NCBI RefSeq assembly: GCF_009914755.1
Contig: NC_060934.1
DNA from: the human T2T-CHM13v2.0 reference genome, Homo sapiens
Direction: 5' to 3' (one strand)
DNA length: 64,000 nt
Below are positions 32,372 through 58,270 of this stretch, one piece after another; the first letter of the stretch is position 1, and the number at the start of each line of letters is the position of its first letter. The position numbers were made by a program, and so were the translations under genes. Below the pieces are notes generated by a model. That model was given only the letters and a program-made list of their open reading frames with translations, did no database searches and had not been told where the DNA came from.

Positions 32372-32975
32372 TTTTTTTTGTTTGTTTTTGTTTTTTTGTT
32401 TTGGGGCAGATTCTCACTCTGTTGCCCAGGCTGGAGTGCAATGGCGTGATCTCGGCTCACTGGAACCTCCACCCCCTGGATTCAAGTGATTCTCCTGCCT
32501 CAGCCTCCTGAGTAGCTGAGATTACAGGCACCCGCCACCACGCCCGGCAAATTTTTGTATTTTTAGTAGAGAAGGGGTTTCACCTTGTTAGTCAGGCTGA
32601 TCTCGAACTCCTGACCTCAGGTGATCCACTCACCTCGGCCTCCCAAAGTGCTGAGATTACAGGTGTGAGCCACTACACCTGGCCTTTTGCTTGTTTTTTA
32701 AATTGACAAATAAAAACTATACGTATATGTATATATATATATATAATGTACAATATGTTTAACATGTGCATTACCTAACATACTTATCATTTTTTGTGGC
32801 ATGCACACTAAAAATGTTAACCATTTTCAAGTGTACAATACATTGTTTTTAACTTTAGTCACCACGTTGTACAACAAATCTCTGAATTTATTCTCCAATC
32901 TAACTGAAATTTTATATCCATTGACCAACATCTTCCCAACCTCCACTCCCATCCCAGCCCCTGGTAACTACCATT
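32372..32975 (-). mobile_element. AluS (32372-32684) followed by an L1MA 3' fragment
   Basis: Alu consensus; ttttcaagtgtacaatacattg..taactgaaattttatatccattgaccaacatcttccca L1MA pattern. Confidence 0.8.
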
Positions 32976-33399
32976 TGAAATGGATGGTTATTAATTGCAG
33001 CAGGACTTTCAGCAGGGATCCTGAGGTCAGGTCCATGTTTCTGCTTATACAAAGAGTCAGCCTAGACAATCAGATCTTCCATAACCTGTAGAAATGTTTC
33101 CTTTTTGTGTTTCTTTTTATGGGGATTTACTTAGTACTTAATCTTGTGTAAATCACCCCTGCTTTGGCCTCCATATTTCTCAATAATTATGCTAAGATAG
33201 TCTAAGTAAACCAAGGGGCAACTTGAAAATAATAATGGTTATGTATTGAGCACTTACCAGACACAGCCATCCCTCTGGAGCTTACAGAGTAGCTGGAAAG
33301 AGAGATAATAAGCAATAGAACAAATAAATTTGAAGTACTATATGAAAATAAGTCCAGAGTGTGGTAAGTACTATGAAGAAAATAAAGGGCCACAGGGAG

Positions 33400-35530
<2,131 letters not shown>

Positions 35531-35926
35531 ACTTTCTCAAGTATTTCTCCATACTCCCCTGGCTGCAACACTTCTAGCTTATTTTCCTGAAGTCTTGATT
35601 CCTGTTGACTATGTTTTTCCCCCTTAAGTGAGACAGAAAGGTTAGAGGAAACTAATGTTTCTTCTAACGTTATGGAATGTTAGAATGTTCTTTTCCCAAC
35701 TGAGTGGAATGAATGTTCTTTTCCCAACTGAGATCAGCCTCTGCCAGAGTCTTTTCCTCTGAAGATTAGATCTCTGTTATGTAAAATATTCTGGGCATAT
35801 TTCACGGGCATTACTCTTCTTCTCCACTTCAAGAACCACTAAACCATAAGGGGAACTTCCTCAAGTCTTCACCAGCGGTACCTTGTGTGTTTCTTGAAAA
35901 TAAAGTCCATGAAAGTGTGGGGGCCA

Positions 35927-36299
<373 letters not shown>

Positions 36300-36314
36300 T
36301 CATCAGAATTACTA

Positions 36315-36619
36315 CAGATGCTTCTGGACTCATGATGCCGTTATGTCCCAATAAACCCATCATCAGTTGAAAATATCGTAAGTTGAAGATGTATTTTATA
36401 CATCTAATCTACCAAACATCACAACTTAGCCTACACTACTTTAAGTATGTTCAGAACACTTACATTAGCCCAGCACTGCAAGAGAGCATTGTGCCACATA
36501 TCACTGGCCCTAGAAAAGATCAAAATTCAAAGTATGGTTTCTACTGAATGTGTGTCATTTTCACACCATTATAAAATCAAAAAATTGTAAGTTGAACCAT
36601 TGTAAGTTCGGACCATCCG
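36315..36619. mobile_element. MER47-like (Tigger-family) non-autonomous DNA transposon
   Basis: TA-CAGATGCT... and ...GTAAGTTCGGACCATCCG termini; ataaacccatc..gttgaaaatatcgtaag internal motif. Confidence 0.7.
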
Positions 36620-37080
36620 TTCTGAGGCATCACTGAGCTGGCTTCTGCTCCAGGTAAGGAGATCTCAGCTGGACTTCTTGGAAGAGCCTTTCTCTCCAGA
36701 ACCCAGATGGAGATTTGGCCTCCAAACCCAGTTTTCTGATAGATCCAGAGAAAGTCATTGATTTTCCAGTTTCCCGTATTTTTCTTGTAAGGATGAGAGC
36801 GCTTCTAACCTTTTCATATATCAGAATTGAAATCAGAAGTCCTCTAGAGAGACCACTTTAGATAGAAGGTCAGGGAACACTGAAAGTGACATTAGAATTG
36901 AGCTCCAAAAATAAGCAGGAACACAACAGCCCTGCCAGGCAGGTAATGGTACCATTTTACAGACAACAGTCCTAGGGCTAGAGAGAGAAAGTGATTTTGC
37001 CAAGAGTCAAAGCCCAAGGCTTTGAAAGGGCCCAGCCGGCTTCAAAGTCAATCCTTTCTTCATTCCACCAAGCAGCCTCA

Positions 37081-37503
<423 letters not shown>

Positions 37504-39555
37504 TCAAATAAGCAAATTGAGTTTAAAGCTAAGCAAGTGTGTTATGGTGACTAGAGCTCTGGGCAGGGAGCCAGGAGACCTCAGCAGTAGCCTGGCTCTA
37601 GCAGGAGATTGCTGGTGACTTTGGGGAAGTGCTTACTCTCCCTGGGTTTTATTTTTTTCATCCTTAAAATAAGAAATCATAGACAAATCACAGGAAGTTT
37701 TTTTTGCATAGTTTTTTTCTTTTTTAACAGGAAGTTTTGAGTAGCCTGAGAACATTGAATTTTTCCATTGAATATCATTCTCCTTTGCTGTCTGTAGGCC
37801 GAAGAGAGTTAACTCTGCCTCAAGGGAGAGATTATCCATGTGAACCTCAGCTCTGGTTCAGGTTCTGATGAAGGGTTTAGAGCAAGTCAGATGAAATAGG
37901 GTGCAGACAAGGACAAGTTCTCCACCTTGCTGGCACCCTAAAGGTACAAATTTTCTGGACAAATCCTGGCCTCTGGCCCCAGGTAAAGCCTCAGCATAGG
38001 TGATATTGACCATTCTCATTGTTGATGTGCTCATGGCCTTATTTAATTCTTCTTCAGTGCTCATCTCACTGAGGACAGCTATAAAGATGAAGCCAGGGAA
38101 AGAACAGAAGCCACTGTGCAGATCATCTTGGATAGTCTAGGGGCTCATTAATTTGGCAGCCCCAGACTGGGTCTAACTGACAGCAGCCCACATTATGATG
38201 CTGGGCTAGGCTGTCTCGGGGAAGCCAGCTGTCTTCAGGCTTGCATGACCAGGTTCAGATTTGAGGTGGAAATTGCGCAAATGCAGTGATGCTCCGTATG
38301 TGTTTCACATGGCCACCCACACATCTCTTCATTCGGATGGAGACTGAATTAAAACTCCAACTCTACCTTTTCCTTGCTCTACGACCTTGACCAAGTCACT
38401 AATCTCTTTAAGCCTCCAGTTCTCCTCTTTAAGAGGATAGTAATGCTTTCCTTACAGAACTGATGTAAGGCTGGCAGATAATGTATGTAAAGCACTTAGC
38501 ATGGTACAAGGCAGATCATGAGCATGTGGTCATTGGTAGTTACAGTCTTAACTATTACAACAATTAACTATTATAACAATTAAGTTAATAGTTATAACCA
38601 TTTAGTACCTAGCCACTGAGTACTAAGCATGAGCTAGGTCCTATGCTTGGTTCTTCACATGAAAGAGAAATTAGTCCAATATAATCCCTGCCCTAAAGAA
38701 GCCTCTAATCCAATAAAAGAGCAAATCATATACTAAATAATTACACAAGTCTGATTGGCATCATGCTCCAGGAGAGGAATCACAGTCCTAAAATAATCCA
38801 AGGCAGGAGCATTTGCTGTGGATGTAGGAAAGGAGAATTAGGCTGGACTTTTGGATCTTACACAGGCAGGAGATGGAGGGGTAGAGGTCAAGCCCATGGA
38901 CTCAGGATGGTGCAAAGAGAAGAGGACCCTACTACCCAGAGTTCCATTTACTAGTAAATTGGAGCACAGCCTACAGCCCAGTAGGAAGATCCATGCAATA
39001 TCCTTATGCCTTTTGTAAGGGTATGTCCGTCTTCAAGACTTGCAGTGGCCAATAATGGGTCATGAAGGTACCTCCCTGAGGTCTCAGACTTCCTGTGAAA
39101 ACAGAATTTGTGGAATCTTATCAGAGAACTTTCCAGGATGCCCCAGAGGAAGCCAAAGCACCTATGTCAGGTCTTGTGGCCTCCTGCATTCCATGACCAC
39201 CCACAAGAGCACATTCAACAAACCCATCCTTAGCAGTTTCCTCACAATTACATTATTACCCAGACATGTACAAATCAATCTCCACACAGATACTTTCTAG
39301 CGGAGAAGGTCAGTGAAGCCTTTAAAAAGAGGTTGGCATTGAGCTGGATCTCAGTAGGATTTGGGGAAGATTCTCCAGGAAAGGGGAAGAGCAAAGCAAG
39401 GCAGAGACAGAGGCTGGAACAACAGACCACCTCTAGATCTGATAAGTGAGCCTATTCTGCTGGAGCAGAGGGCATCTCTGCCAGTGACAATGGCTCAAGT
39501 TTCCAAGTGCTTTAAAAGTGTATCAGGTTCTAGACTAAGATCTGGAAGGCATTAA

Positions 39556-41006
<1,451 letters not shown>

Positions 41007-41099
41007 TCACCTTGAGGAAATGAATGATGACCTTGGACAAGTCTTTGTGCTATCTATAAAAGGATGGACCAGGTGATCCTGAAGACCCCTCAGCGTTTT

Positions 41100-42270
<1,171 letters not shown>

Positions 42271-42323
42271 GGCCTTTCAGGTTTAAAATGTAATGAATTT
42301 GTTTGCATATTTTAGTACTACTT

Positions 42324-43388
<1,065 letters not shown>

Positions 43389-44255
43389 TTAGGAAGTGTA
43401 GACACTCAAAGCTAAGATTTTTGGCATTCAATAAAGTCCTAAAGCTGTACCACCAGAAGGAGCTAGAACAGTGCTAAACTTGGGCCCTGCAGAGAGGTCT
43501 GGCATTCTGCAGTATAATTATAAACTTCAGTCACAGCATTATCTAGGAAATCTTTTCAGTAGAGATAATGGGTGTCTATTAATGTAAGTAATTTGCTGGA
43601 TAAGCCATGCATTGACTTGTTGGAAAATATCAGAGATTACATGCTAGGTGTGCAGAAAACATCCTTCAAACTCAGTCCTGCGTGCTGTCCCCCTGGGGGA
43701 AATCCATACATTCTCCCTTGAAAGAAAAGTTTGGTTTTCTCTCCTGAGTAGCATGGTTGAAAGGTCTGGCTGAGAATCAGACTTGCAGACATGTTTGGAA
43801 TCATTGCCTCCTGCCCCTCCCAGCACAGTGACTCAGTGGGCCGTGGGTGATAGTTAAATGATTAATATTTTAGGTGTGCCTGCTAATTGGGGTGCAGTTA
43901 ATCACAGAATCCTTTTTAAAGAAAAATGTAGTGAAAACTTGGGCTGATTCATCAAAACTTTCCTCTCTGGGTTCATTTCCACAATCTGAATGTCCATCCC
44001 AGAGCAGGACATGGGACATGGTTTGGCAGGACAGCCAAACCATTCTTCTCAATACCAATCACCAAACCTTTGCCTGAGAGTGTGGATATGAAGGGCACAG
44101 CCTCTACCCTTGAGATCCTTGTGCAGGGAGGAGGCAGAGAGAGGTAGGGAGTGTGCTAATAGACATAGGACCAAACTATGGGAGCCCAGAAGTGAACTAA
44201 CTCAGGCAGAAAGTGAAGAAAGGCTTTACAAAGATAATATTTGACATGGCACTGA

Positions 44256-47930
<3,675 letters not shown>

Positions 47931-48039
47931 AAAAATTATACTTTACTAAAGCTGACAAAAAAGTTTTAAATTCAAGCCAAAAAAGTGAGAAGGAAATTGA
48001 TCTCAGGATAAGAAATGGGAGATAATTACAGGTAGATTT

Positions 48040-49023
<984 letters not shown>

Positions 49024-49179
49024 TTAGAAAATCATTAGGGAACAACTTTAAATAAGTACATTTTAAACGTAATGGAAATAGACCATGTTTCAGAAAAATA
49101 CAATCTAATAAACTGAATCTATAGAAAAGTTATTAACTAGTTTTACTATGCTGGCATAACCCAGAAGCGCCCAAACTGA

Positions 49180-49660
49180 TCAAAGACATCAATGAGTTAG
49201 AAGTAGCACAGTCCATGCTACCCTCACTTCTGACACCAAATGTGAGTTTGGGGGTCCTTAAGATCCGTGGGTTTGATAATGCACCAGAGGAACTCGGAAC
49301 TCACTGACAGCTGTTATGTTCACGGTTATAGTTTATTACAGGAAAAGGATACAGAGTGAAATCATCCAAGGGAAGAGACACACAGGGCAGATTCTAGCAA
49401 AGTTCCAAACATGGAACTTCCAGTGTTCTCTCTGGAGAGTCCTGGACAGTGTTGCTTTCCCGGCATCAGTGTGTGGCAATACACACAGCAGTGGCACCCA
49501 GAGAAGCTCACCCCAGCCTTGGTGTCCAGAGTCTTTACTGAGGCTCAGTCACGTAACCTGGTTGGCTGCCATGTGGCCCACCTCAGTCTCTGGCCTCTCT
49601 AGGGGTCAAGTTAATACTGCTTGGTCTCCACCCAAAATCACACGGTTACTATCTGACTGT
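49180..49660. mobile_element. MER21-like LTR
   Basis: cacttctgacaccaa..gaactcactga..gttatagtttattacag..ccttggtgtccagagtctttactg pattern (recalled consensus). Confidence 0.65.
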
Positions 49661-50125
49661 ACCAATACCATAGTGATTTGAATTGCAATGACTTTATGGT
49701 ATTTTGAGATGTGATAAGGAAAACTGACTAACACTGATTTAAGCAATACAAACTTTTACTATTCACCTAACAAGATGCTTAGAGGGAGACTGGACGGCAT
49801 CAGACCAATCCTGCAACGGTGTTAGCCATAAAACTGACTCTGCCTCCTGCTTCACCAACCTCAGCTTGTTGATAGTATGTTCTGCTTTGTGCCTCATGGT
49901 CATGACACGACTGCACAGAACTGAGCACTGCAACCAGATCCAAAGGCAGGAAGCAAGAACTCTATGCTTATGAGACTCTGTTTTTTTCTGAGAATAAAAA
50001 AGCCTCAATAGACTACTTGTATCTCATTGGCCAGAACTGGGTCATATGCTCATCCTTGGACCAATCACTGGCAAAAGAGGATAGAAATTAATTACAGTTA
50101 CTGGTTGAGACCAACAATTCATTAG

Positions 50126-50638
50126 TGTTGGGAGCAAGCCCCCCAAAATCTGGCCATAAACTGGCCCCAAAACTGGCCATAAACAAAATCTCTGCAGCAC
50201 TGTGACATGTTCATAATGGCCCTAACGCCCAAGCTGGAAGGTTGTGGGTTTACGGGAATGAGGGCAAGGAACACCTGGCCCGCCCAGGGAGGAAAACCTC
50301 TTAAAGGCATTCTTAAGCCACAATCAATGGCATAAGCCATTTATGCCTTAAGGGCATGTTCCTGCTGCGGTTAACTAGCCCAACCTATTCCTTTAATTCA
50401 GCCCATCACTTCGTTTCCCATGAGGGATACTTTTAGTTAATTTAATATCTATAGAAACAATGCTAATGACTGGTTTGCTGTTAATAAATATGTGGGTAAA
50501 TCTCTGTTCGAGGCTCTCAGCTCTTAAGGCTGTGAGACCCCTGATTTCCCACTTCACCCCTCTATATTTCTGTGTGTGTGTCTTTAATTCCTCTAGCGCT
50601 GCTGGGTTAGAGTCTCCCCAACCGAGCTGGTCTCGGCA
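50126..50638 (+). mobile_element. MER9 (HERV-K9/HML-3) solo LTR nested in an older MLT1-like LTR
   Basis: TGTTGGGAGCAAGCCCCCCAAAATCTGGCCATAAA...GAGCTGGTCTCGGCA; exact 6-bp TSD CATTAG. Confidence 0.93.
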
Positions 50639-50863
50639 CATTAGTCTGAGGTAAGGACCAACTGAGGCCTATTCTCAGAGGAAGGTGATCCCATACCTAA
50701 ACCCAGTGGCAGGTCTGTTTGAAAGGAATAAGTGGGGAATAACTGTTGGGCAGGCAATTGGGTCTGCCACACCTTAACATTAAAAATACTGCACCAGGGT
50801 TTTTTTTTTTTTCAAAATAAATACTTTGAGAGTTCTAGTTTGAGTGTAATTAAATTTATATAT

Positions 50864-50991
50864 TGCCTGTAATCCCAGGTATTCAGGAAGCTGAGGCATA
50901 AGAATCACTTGAACCCAGGAGGCGGAGGTTGCAGTGAGCTGAGATAGTGTCACTGCACTCCAGCCTGGGCAACACAATGAGAATCTGTCTC

Positions 50992-51057
<66 letters not shown>

Positions 51058-52060
51058 AATTTAGATACTCAATATATTTATGATAATCAAGGTTTTTAAA
51101 TCAAGAACAAGGTTTTTTTAAATTTGTTTTCATCTTATTTTAAGAACTTTAATCACATTTCTAGTTTCTTTCATATAAGTCCTGCAATTCTGGTTCACCA
51201 AAGGCCCAAGTATTTTAGAGTATTTGTCACAATTGTGAATTGAACATTTTTCCACTGTCCATTTATAGGTGCTTATTGGTATTTGCATGTATCCCTTGCA
51301 TCCTGCCATCTTTCTAAATTATCTCATGAGAAACAATACATTTAATGTTATGGAGCCAAACTGCAAGAGACTTAACCCCATCTCCACTATGTTCTAGCTG
51401 TGTGACCTGTGCAAGTTACTCTCTGTGCTCAGTTTCCTCATCCATAAAATGGGTAATAATAACCCTTGTAAAGGTTGTTACAAGGATTAAATAAAGTAGC
51501 ATATATGAAGGTTTAGAACAGTCCCTGGCATATAATACATTATATATTATAATTTTCTATTATTAGAAAATAATGTTTTATTAATTCCAGTCACTTTTAA
51601 TAGAATATCTGAGGTTAGTTAGCCAGAAGGTGGCTTATGCCTGTAATCCCGAACACTTTGGGAGGCTAAAGTGGGAGGATCGCTTGAGCCTAGGAGTTCA
51701 AGAACAGCCTGGTCAACATAGCAAGACCCCATCTCTACAAAAAAAAAAATAAAGCCAGGTCCAGTGGCTCATGCCTGTAATGTCAACACTTTGGCAGGCT
51801 GAGGCAGGAAGATGGTTTGAGCCCAGGAGTTTGAGACCAGCCTGAGCAATATAGTGAGACCCTGTTTCTATAAGATAATAAAATAAAAATTAGTGGGCCA
51901 TAGTGGCATATTCCTACAGTTCCAACTACTCAGGAGGATGAGGTGGGAGGATTGCTTGAGCCCAGGAGTTCAAGGCTGAAGTAAGCTATGAGCTATGATC
52001 GTGCCACTGCACTCCAGCCTGGGCGACACAGCAAGACCCTGTCTCAAAAAATAAAAATAA
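50864..52060 (+). mobile_element. Alu right arm with A/(TA)n tail (50864-51055), MIR (~51350-51540), Alu left arm plus AluJ (51620-52060)
   Basis: Consensus matches. Confidence 0.8.
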
Positions 52061-52439
52061 AGATAAATCATATGATTAGCAAAAGTGATAGTCTTTACCA
52101 ATGTTTACATAATTTCATTTTTATTGCATTTTTAATACTCCAATACTATGGAGATAAAGGGCTAGTTCCTTATTTAATTGAAATCAACATTTTTCCAGGT
52201 AAGAAATTTGCTTTCAGTGTTCGATAAAGAATTTTTATTATATTTAAGTGATTTGCTTTTATTTCTATTTTACTTAGGGCTATGACTAGGAAATTCTACA
52301 ATTTTAACTGGATTTCTTTTCAGCATCTATTAATATGATAAGCAGTTTTGTTCCTGTTTTCTGTTCATATGGACTAATAGATCTACTAATGTTGACACCC
52401 GCTTACAATCCTGGACTAAACTCTACTTGATTATAGAAT

Positions 52440-53950
<1,511 letters not shown>

Positions 53951-55770
53951 AAATCAGCAACTCTAAGTCTAAAAATAGTAAAAAAACAAAAAAACAAAAA
54001 AAAAACAAAAAACGAAAGAGTTGGGCTTTGAATGTGAAGATATCTAAGGAATGCCTTATCCTGTTCATTTCACTTATATTTTTTCTTTTTAAGTGTGCAC
54101 ACAGGGATAGATGAGTTGGGAATGAACCTAGACTTAGAGTGCAGTAGTACCCTGGCCACAATGACTGGCCAATCAGTATGAGGATCTGGGTTTTGTTCAC
54201 TCCTTAGTCTAACTGCCCCTTCCCCATGTTGGATCCTAGGAATCATCCTATGACCATAGGGAGAACCATCCTTAATATGAAGCCAACACATGGATAATGG
54301 CAGAGAAGCAAGAGAACCTCGACTGTTGATGACATCATGAAACCACAGGATCACCTCAAGGCAACTGGAATTGGGTTTTCTGTTAACTTGCAAATCAAAG
54401 CTTCCTAACTGAATAAAGACTCAGTTAATGTTAGTTGGTAGTGCATGCAATGATGGTTGAGGACACTTGAGACAATCCTGCTTTCTCAACCTGGGGGCAG
54501 AATAATACCACCATCTAGCCCTCAGTCAGCCATCGGTTCACCTGGTAAACCATTGGCCACATTTATGGAAGGTTTTAGAAAGAGGTCCCTATTGACTTTG
54601 CTTTGCTTTGAGACACACTGTGGAAGTATAGGATTTTTTATGCTTAAAACAAATAAGAAAGAGCTGAATTCAGGGATATTGGCATATAGAGAAAATATTT
54701 GAAGCTGATCTATGCACATCTATTTTTGAGATTCACATACAAGTCTTGTTCTTGATTTCGCTTTTACCCATCCACAGAATGGTAACCTGGGCCTGACATA
54801 TTGAAGTGAAGTATCAGTTTTTGCTCTATTTTCATCTTGATGCTAGCTGCTTCCTGACTGTTCCCAGCGAGCCCAGACACCACAGGGCCATAAGCTTAAA
54901 AAGATCATGTTACTTCAGTCACTGCTGAGTAGCAGACGAAGCTGAAGCCAGCTGAATCTAGAAGTGCTATGACGCTGAAAAAGTCAGGAGTCTTTACCCA
55001 GATCTGCCTCCTGCAAGCAGTGTTTTCTGCCTGCCCTATGGGACTTGTGAGGGACAGAAAAGTTTCCCAGCCCCTGTCAAGATGGTAACATTATCTAAAG
55101 TTACCACAAAGCTTCTAGTCAACCTTAATTTCTACCACCTGAAATTCAGAACCTAAGGCTATTTTACAATCTTTACAAAATTTAAATTATTTTTCTCTTA
55201 AAAGCTGGGCAGGTTGGTGGGTTTTCTTGGTTTATTCTTCAGGTTTTTTGTTTTGGTTTGGTTTTTGGTTTTAGTCCTTGAGCTTTGTAAATAAGTTTTC
55301 CTGCGCCTGCTTGCCTGTAACTTATTTTTCTGGTCTAATGACTGTTTTTTAATGAGTTCAGCCTGTGCTTTCTTGTACAAAAAGAAACGTGGGCATGTGA
55401 GGAGCATATTAATTAGCTATCAGATGTAGCCTGGTTTTTGAAGTCCAGATCTTCAGGATGTTACCGAAGTGTAAATATAAGCATGACTTTTGCACGTGAT
55501 TAGTAATTACATCACAGTTAAAGCCTCAGGGGACCTTCCACCCCAGAATTCTGCTATCCTCAACCCCTGAATGGCTCTGTCATTAATGGTCAGTCTCCAA
55601 GAACTCATTTCCCAAGGAAATGACTTCCTGTTTTGTTCTAAGTGGCCTTCCCTGCAAACCCTCCTCACCTTTGAACTTCCTATTTTGGGATGGAAAGATT
55701 GACCCTTCTCCCGCTCCTCTTCACAAGGTAAGGAGAAACAAGGGAGAAGAAAGAAAGGTCCTCTGGAGAG

Positions 55771-55851
55771 AGATATATGTATCATACATATCTTATACAT
55801 ATATCATATATATCTTATATATCTCATATATATCTTATATATATCTTATAT

Positions 55852-55887
<36 letters not shown>
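55771..55887. repeat. (TA)n / degenerate TATC microsatellite
   Basis: Seen directly. Confidence 0.95.
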
Positions 55888-55891
<4 letters not shown>

Positions 55892-56282
55892 CTACACCCG
55901 CATTGCACCAAAGTATACGAAATATTTTCTGGCCTTCAAATCATATGCCTAACTCCTGCAGGAAAACTGCATGGGCACTCAGGCTGATCTCCCTTACCCC
56001 ACAACTTAGATCCACCTCTCACGTTTTCTAAGTTTATTTCCACGCTGTCCCTGGGCCAGGCTCTAGGGTCCCAGAGGTGAAGTGGAGGAATTCACAGTTT
56101 GGTTGAGGAGAGACCCCCTTGAATAGATCAAGCTCCCCAAGTGTTGCTGTAAGTTTACATGGAACATGGAGTCTGAGTGGGAAGTCAGGGAGGTGAATCA
56201 CGGAAGCCTTTGGACTTTGTACACCTGTGGGCAGCTCCCAGATGAAGGGGGGAAGGTGTTGCAGGCAAATGACCACCTTTGA

Positions 56283-57007
<725 letters not shown>

Positions 57008-57059
57008 CACAACCTCCTACTTTCATGAAAGAGTGGGCACTTCCAACAGGAGGAGTAAG

Positions 57060-58270
57060 TGGATGAGCGGTGTGTGACACACCCGCCTCAGCGTCGCCCG
57101 GAGTCCGCAAGGCTGCGGCTCACCGTTCTCTGCCCCATAGCTGGCATTGTGGAGTGAAAGGGAACGTGGGTGGAGGATTGAGGTTGGAAATTCTGAATCT
57201 GTACATACAGCTTGAAGGGGCTCATCGAATGTGTCGGTCCTTTAGATTCCCCCTGCCCATGGAGGTTAAAAAAAAAAAAAAAACCTATCAAAAGAGCTAT
57301 TCAAAACCAGGCTGAAGATTGGAAGGAAGTTGGCCAGCCTCGGCTGCAGGACAGGTGCTTCCAGGCTCCATTAGGGGTGTCCAGCGCCTTCTTTTGCCCT
57401 AGGCAGCGCCCTGAAGAACGCGTCGGGGCCTCGGTTCGCGGACTTGAGGAGTGGACCGACCGAGCGCTGTGCGTAAAAGGACCGCTGGGGCACACGCCCG
57501 AGCGCCACCGGAGCTAGGAGACCGCGGCCCGGAGGTCGGCGAGTCGGGGGCAGGCCCGGAGCTCCTCCCACGGGGGGCGGGGCGGGTCACATGGCGGTGG
57601 CGCGGTAGCGCGCGATGCAGCACAGGCTAGAGGCTGCGCAAGCGCGGGGCCCGCCCCTGGGACCCTCCGGGCCGGGCGGTTTGGCCCCTTAGCGCCCGGG
57701 CGTCGGGGCGGTAAAAGGCCGGCAGAAGGGAGGCACTTGAGGTAGGTGCTGCGCGCCGGGGCTCCGCGAGGCACGTGATGTCCGTAGGCGGGGCCTGCCG
57801 CGGCGTAGGTGGGGAAACTGAGGCAGTGCAGGGCCGGTAGGGTGGGTGCTGGGCTGGTGAGGCGCGCCCCTCGGGCCCGCGCCAACTTTCTTAGGAGCCG
57901 CCGCAGCGCTGGCGCTCCCTCCGAGGACGACGACCCTTCCGCCACCCTGCGTGGCGGCCGATGGAAAAACCCTGCGCCCAGACGTCGGAGAACGGAGACG
58001 GGGACCCGGCGCTGCTGCGGCGGGCTAGGGCCCCCTCTGTCCACGCCCGCAAGCCTTGAGTGACGCCGGTGGCGCCAACCTTCGCGAATTGTTGGGACAA
58101 AGAACAGAGGAGAGGGCCCTGCCCTGGAGCATGGGCCCGGGGGCCGCCCTGCTGGACCAGCCCCAGGTGCGGACCTGGCAGTCCTCGTCCTCGTCTCTGT
58201 GCCCGCTTAGGGTCGTGTCTTTTAAGAGGGCACGGTTTCTAGCGTTGTTCAGCGTTTCGGAGGCACCTGT
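57060..58270 (+). promoter_or_regulatory. PRXL2A: CpG-island promoter of PRXL2A (FAM213A): GC boxes ~57572-57587, NRF1-like TGCGCAAGCGCG 57635-57646, E-box CACGTG 57772-57777
   Basis: CpG island and motifs seen directly; gene identity rests on recalled synteny with DYDC2, as no PRXL2A CDS is in the window. Confidence 0.8.
57600..57741 (+). other. PRXL2A: PRXL2A non-coding first exon (5' end approximate)
   Basis: Donor GAG|GTAGGT at 57741/57742 downstream of the GC boxes. Confidence 0.7.
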